Shown here: in pieces, positions 63,501 to 64,000 of the stretch
Layout of the letters: each line of letters opens with the position of its first letter
Numbering within the stretch: position 1 is the stretch's first letter
Notes under the pieces: model-generated
What the model was told of the DNA's origin: nothing
Databases searched by the model: none
What the model saw: only the letters and a program-made list of their open reading frames with translations
Translations under genes and position numbers: made by a program
Origin: Orbicella franksi
Taxonomy: Eukaryota
Length of the DNA stretch: 64,000 nucleotides
Assembly (NCBI GenBank): GCA_964199315.1
Contig: OZ116705.1
Span: 17,236,001-17,300,000 of the forward strand
Direction: 5' to 3'

Positions 63501-64000
63501 TAGACTTTCTTTGAATTCTACGTGACTGTAAATTTCATTCAGCAAATTCGCTTGCTTCGCTTTCAAATTTTTCATTCAACAAATTTTGCAAACGGGGTGC
63601 ATGTCATGTGATTTCCCACTTGTTGTTGTTTTTGTCACATCGACTTCCGGTCGTTTTTTAAAATTAAAATCCAATAAAATTAAGCTATATTTCCAAGAAT
63701 ACAAAAGCACCAAATTTAATAAAACAATTATTCCATTCGCGCTTGTTGGATACCATAGCACAATCAGTAACAATATACCATGAGTAAAGTTGCACCTGAT
63801 CACAATCTTATTAACAGGATTCCCTCAGTGTAATCAGTAATAATATACCATTAGTACAATCAGTAACAATATACCATGAGTGAAGTAGCATGTGATCACA
63901 ATCTTATCAAACAGTATTCCCTCAGTATAATCAGTAATAATATACCATTAGTACAATCAGTAACAATATACCATGAGTGAAGTAGCATGTGATCACAATC
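60600..64000. repeat. 97-bp satellite array running off the window end
   Basis: CCCTCAG unit starts at 60885, 60982, 61076 (94-bp variant), 61173 and onward. Each unit has two ~26-bp AGTA.AATCAGTAA.AATATACCAT sub-repeats. Confidence 0.95.
62258..63751 (+). mobile_element. CryptonA-like (DUF3504-type tyrosine recombinase) deleted derivative inserted in the satellite
   Basis: Frameshifted remnants KEELNVQLKCFYLSARKKD, KSIRAA.DHFL, NPAQLQRTI*FHLSLFFGRQRRENQRQ and ATKNHQGG. No TSD. Confidence 0.78.

Noticed and set aside
60600-64000. Regular repeat array as a CRISPR locus
   Set aside because: Units are contiguous with no unique spacers, there are no cas genes, and the context is eukaryotic.

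Overview
This is eukaryotic genomic DNA, inferred to be cnidarian and probably a scleractinian coral from its repeat families and ShKT/astacin genes. It holds two spliced, secreted astacin (M12A) zinc metalloprotease genes in tandem on the + strand, reconstructed by hand from splice sites and reading phase. Gene 1 (13927-27348, 9 exons, about 330 aa) is signal peptide, prodomain, astacin and 2 ShKT domains. Gene 2 (30349-44249, 18 exons, about 780 aa) is signal peptide, prodomain, astacin, 2 TSP1, MAM and 5 ShKT domains, one with atypical cysteine spacing. The rest is a dense, nested transposon landscape. It includes a dead RTEX-like LINE with an SGNH-esterase ORF1 interrupted by a Neptune-type Penelope-like element and a solo LTR, an internally deleted Gypsy element, Penelope/Poseidon-type fragments with minimal hammerhead ribozyme motifs, CryptonA-like tyrosine-recombinase derivatives, MULE/Harbinger/hAT-like MITEs, tRNA-derived SINEs and a 97-bp satellite. 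I found no clearly new multi-gene system. The best leads are the atypical ShKT repeat, a duplicated first exon with a frame-compensating acceptor, U3-A8 variant hammerheads, a Penelope fold-back junction with a reiterated 10-mer, and an orphan TSP1 exon hit by a MITE.
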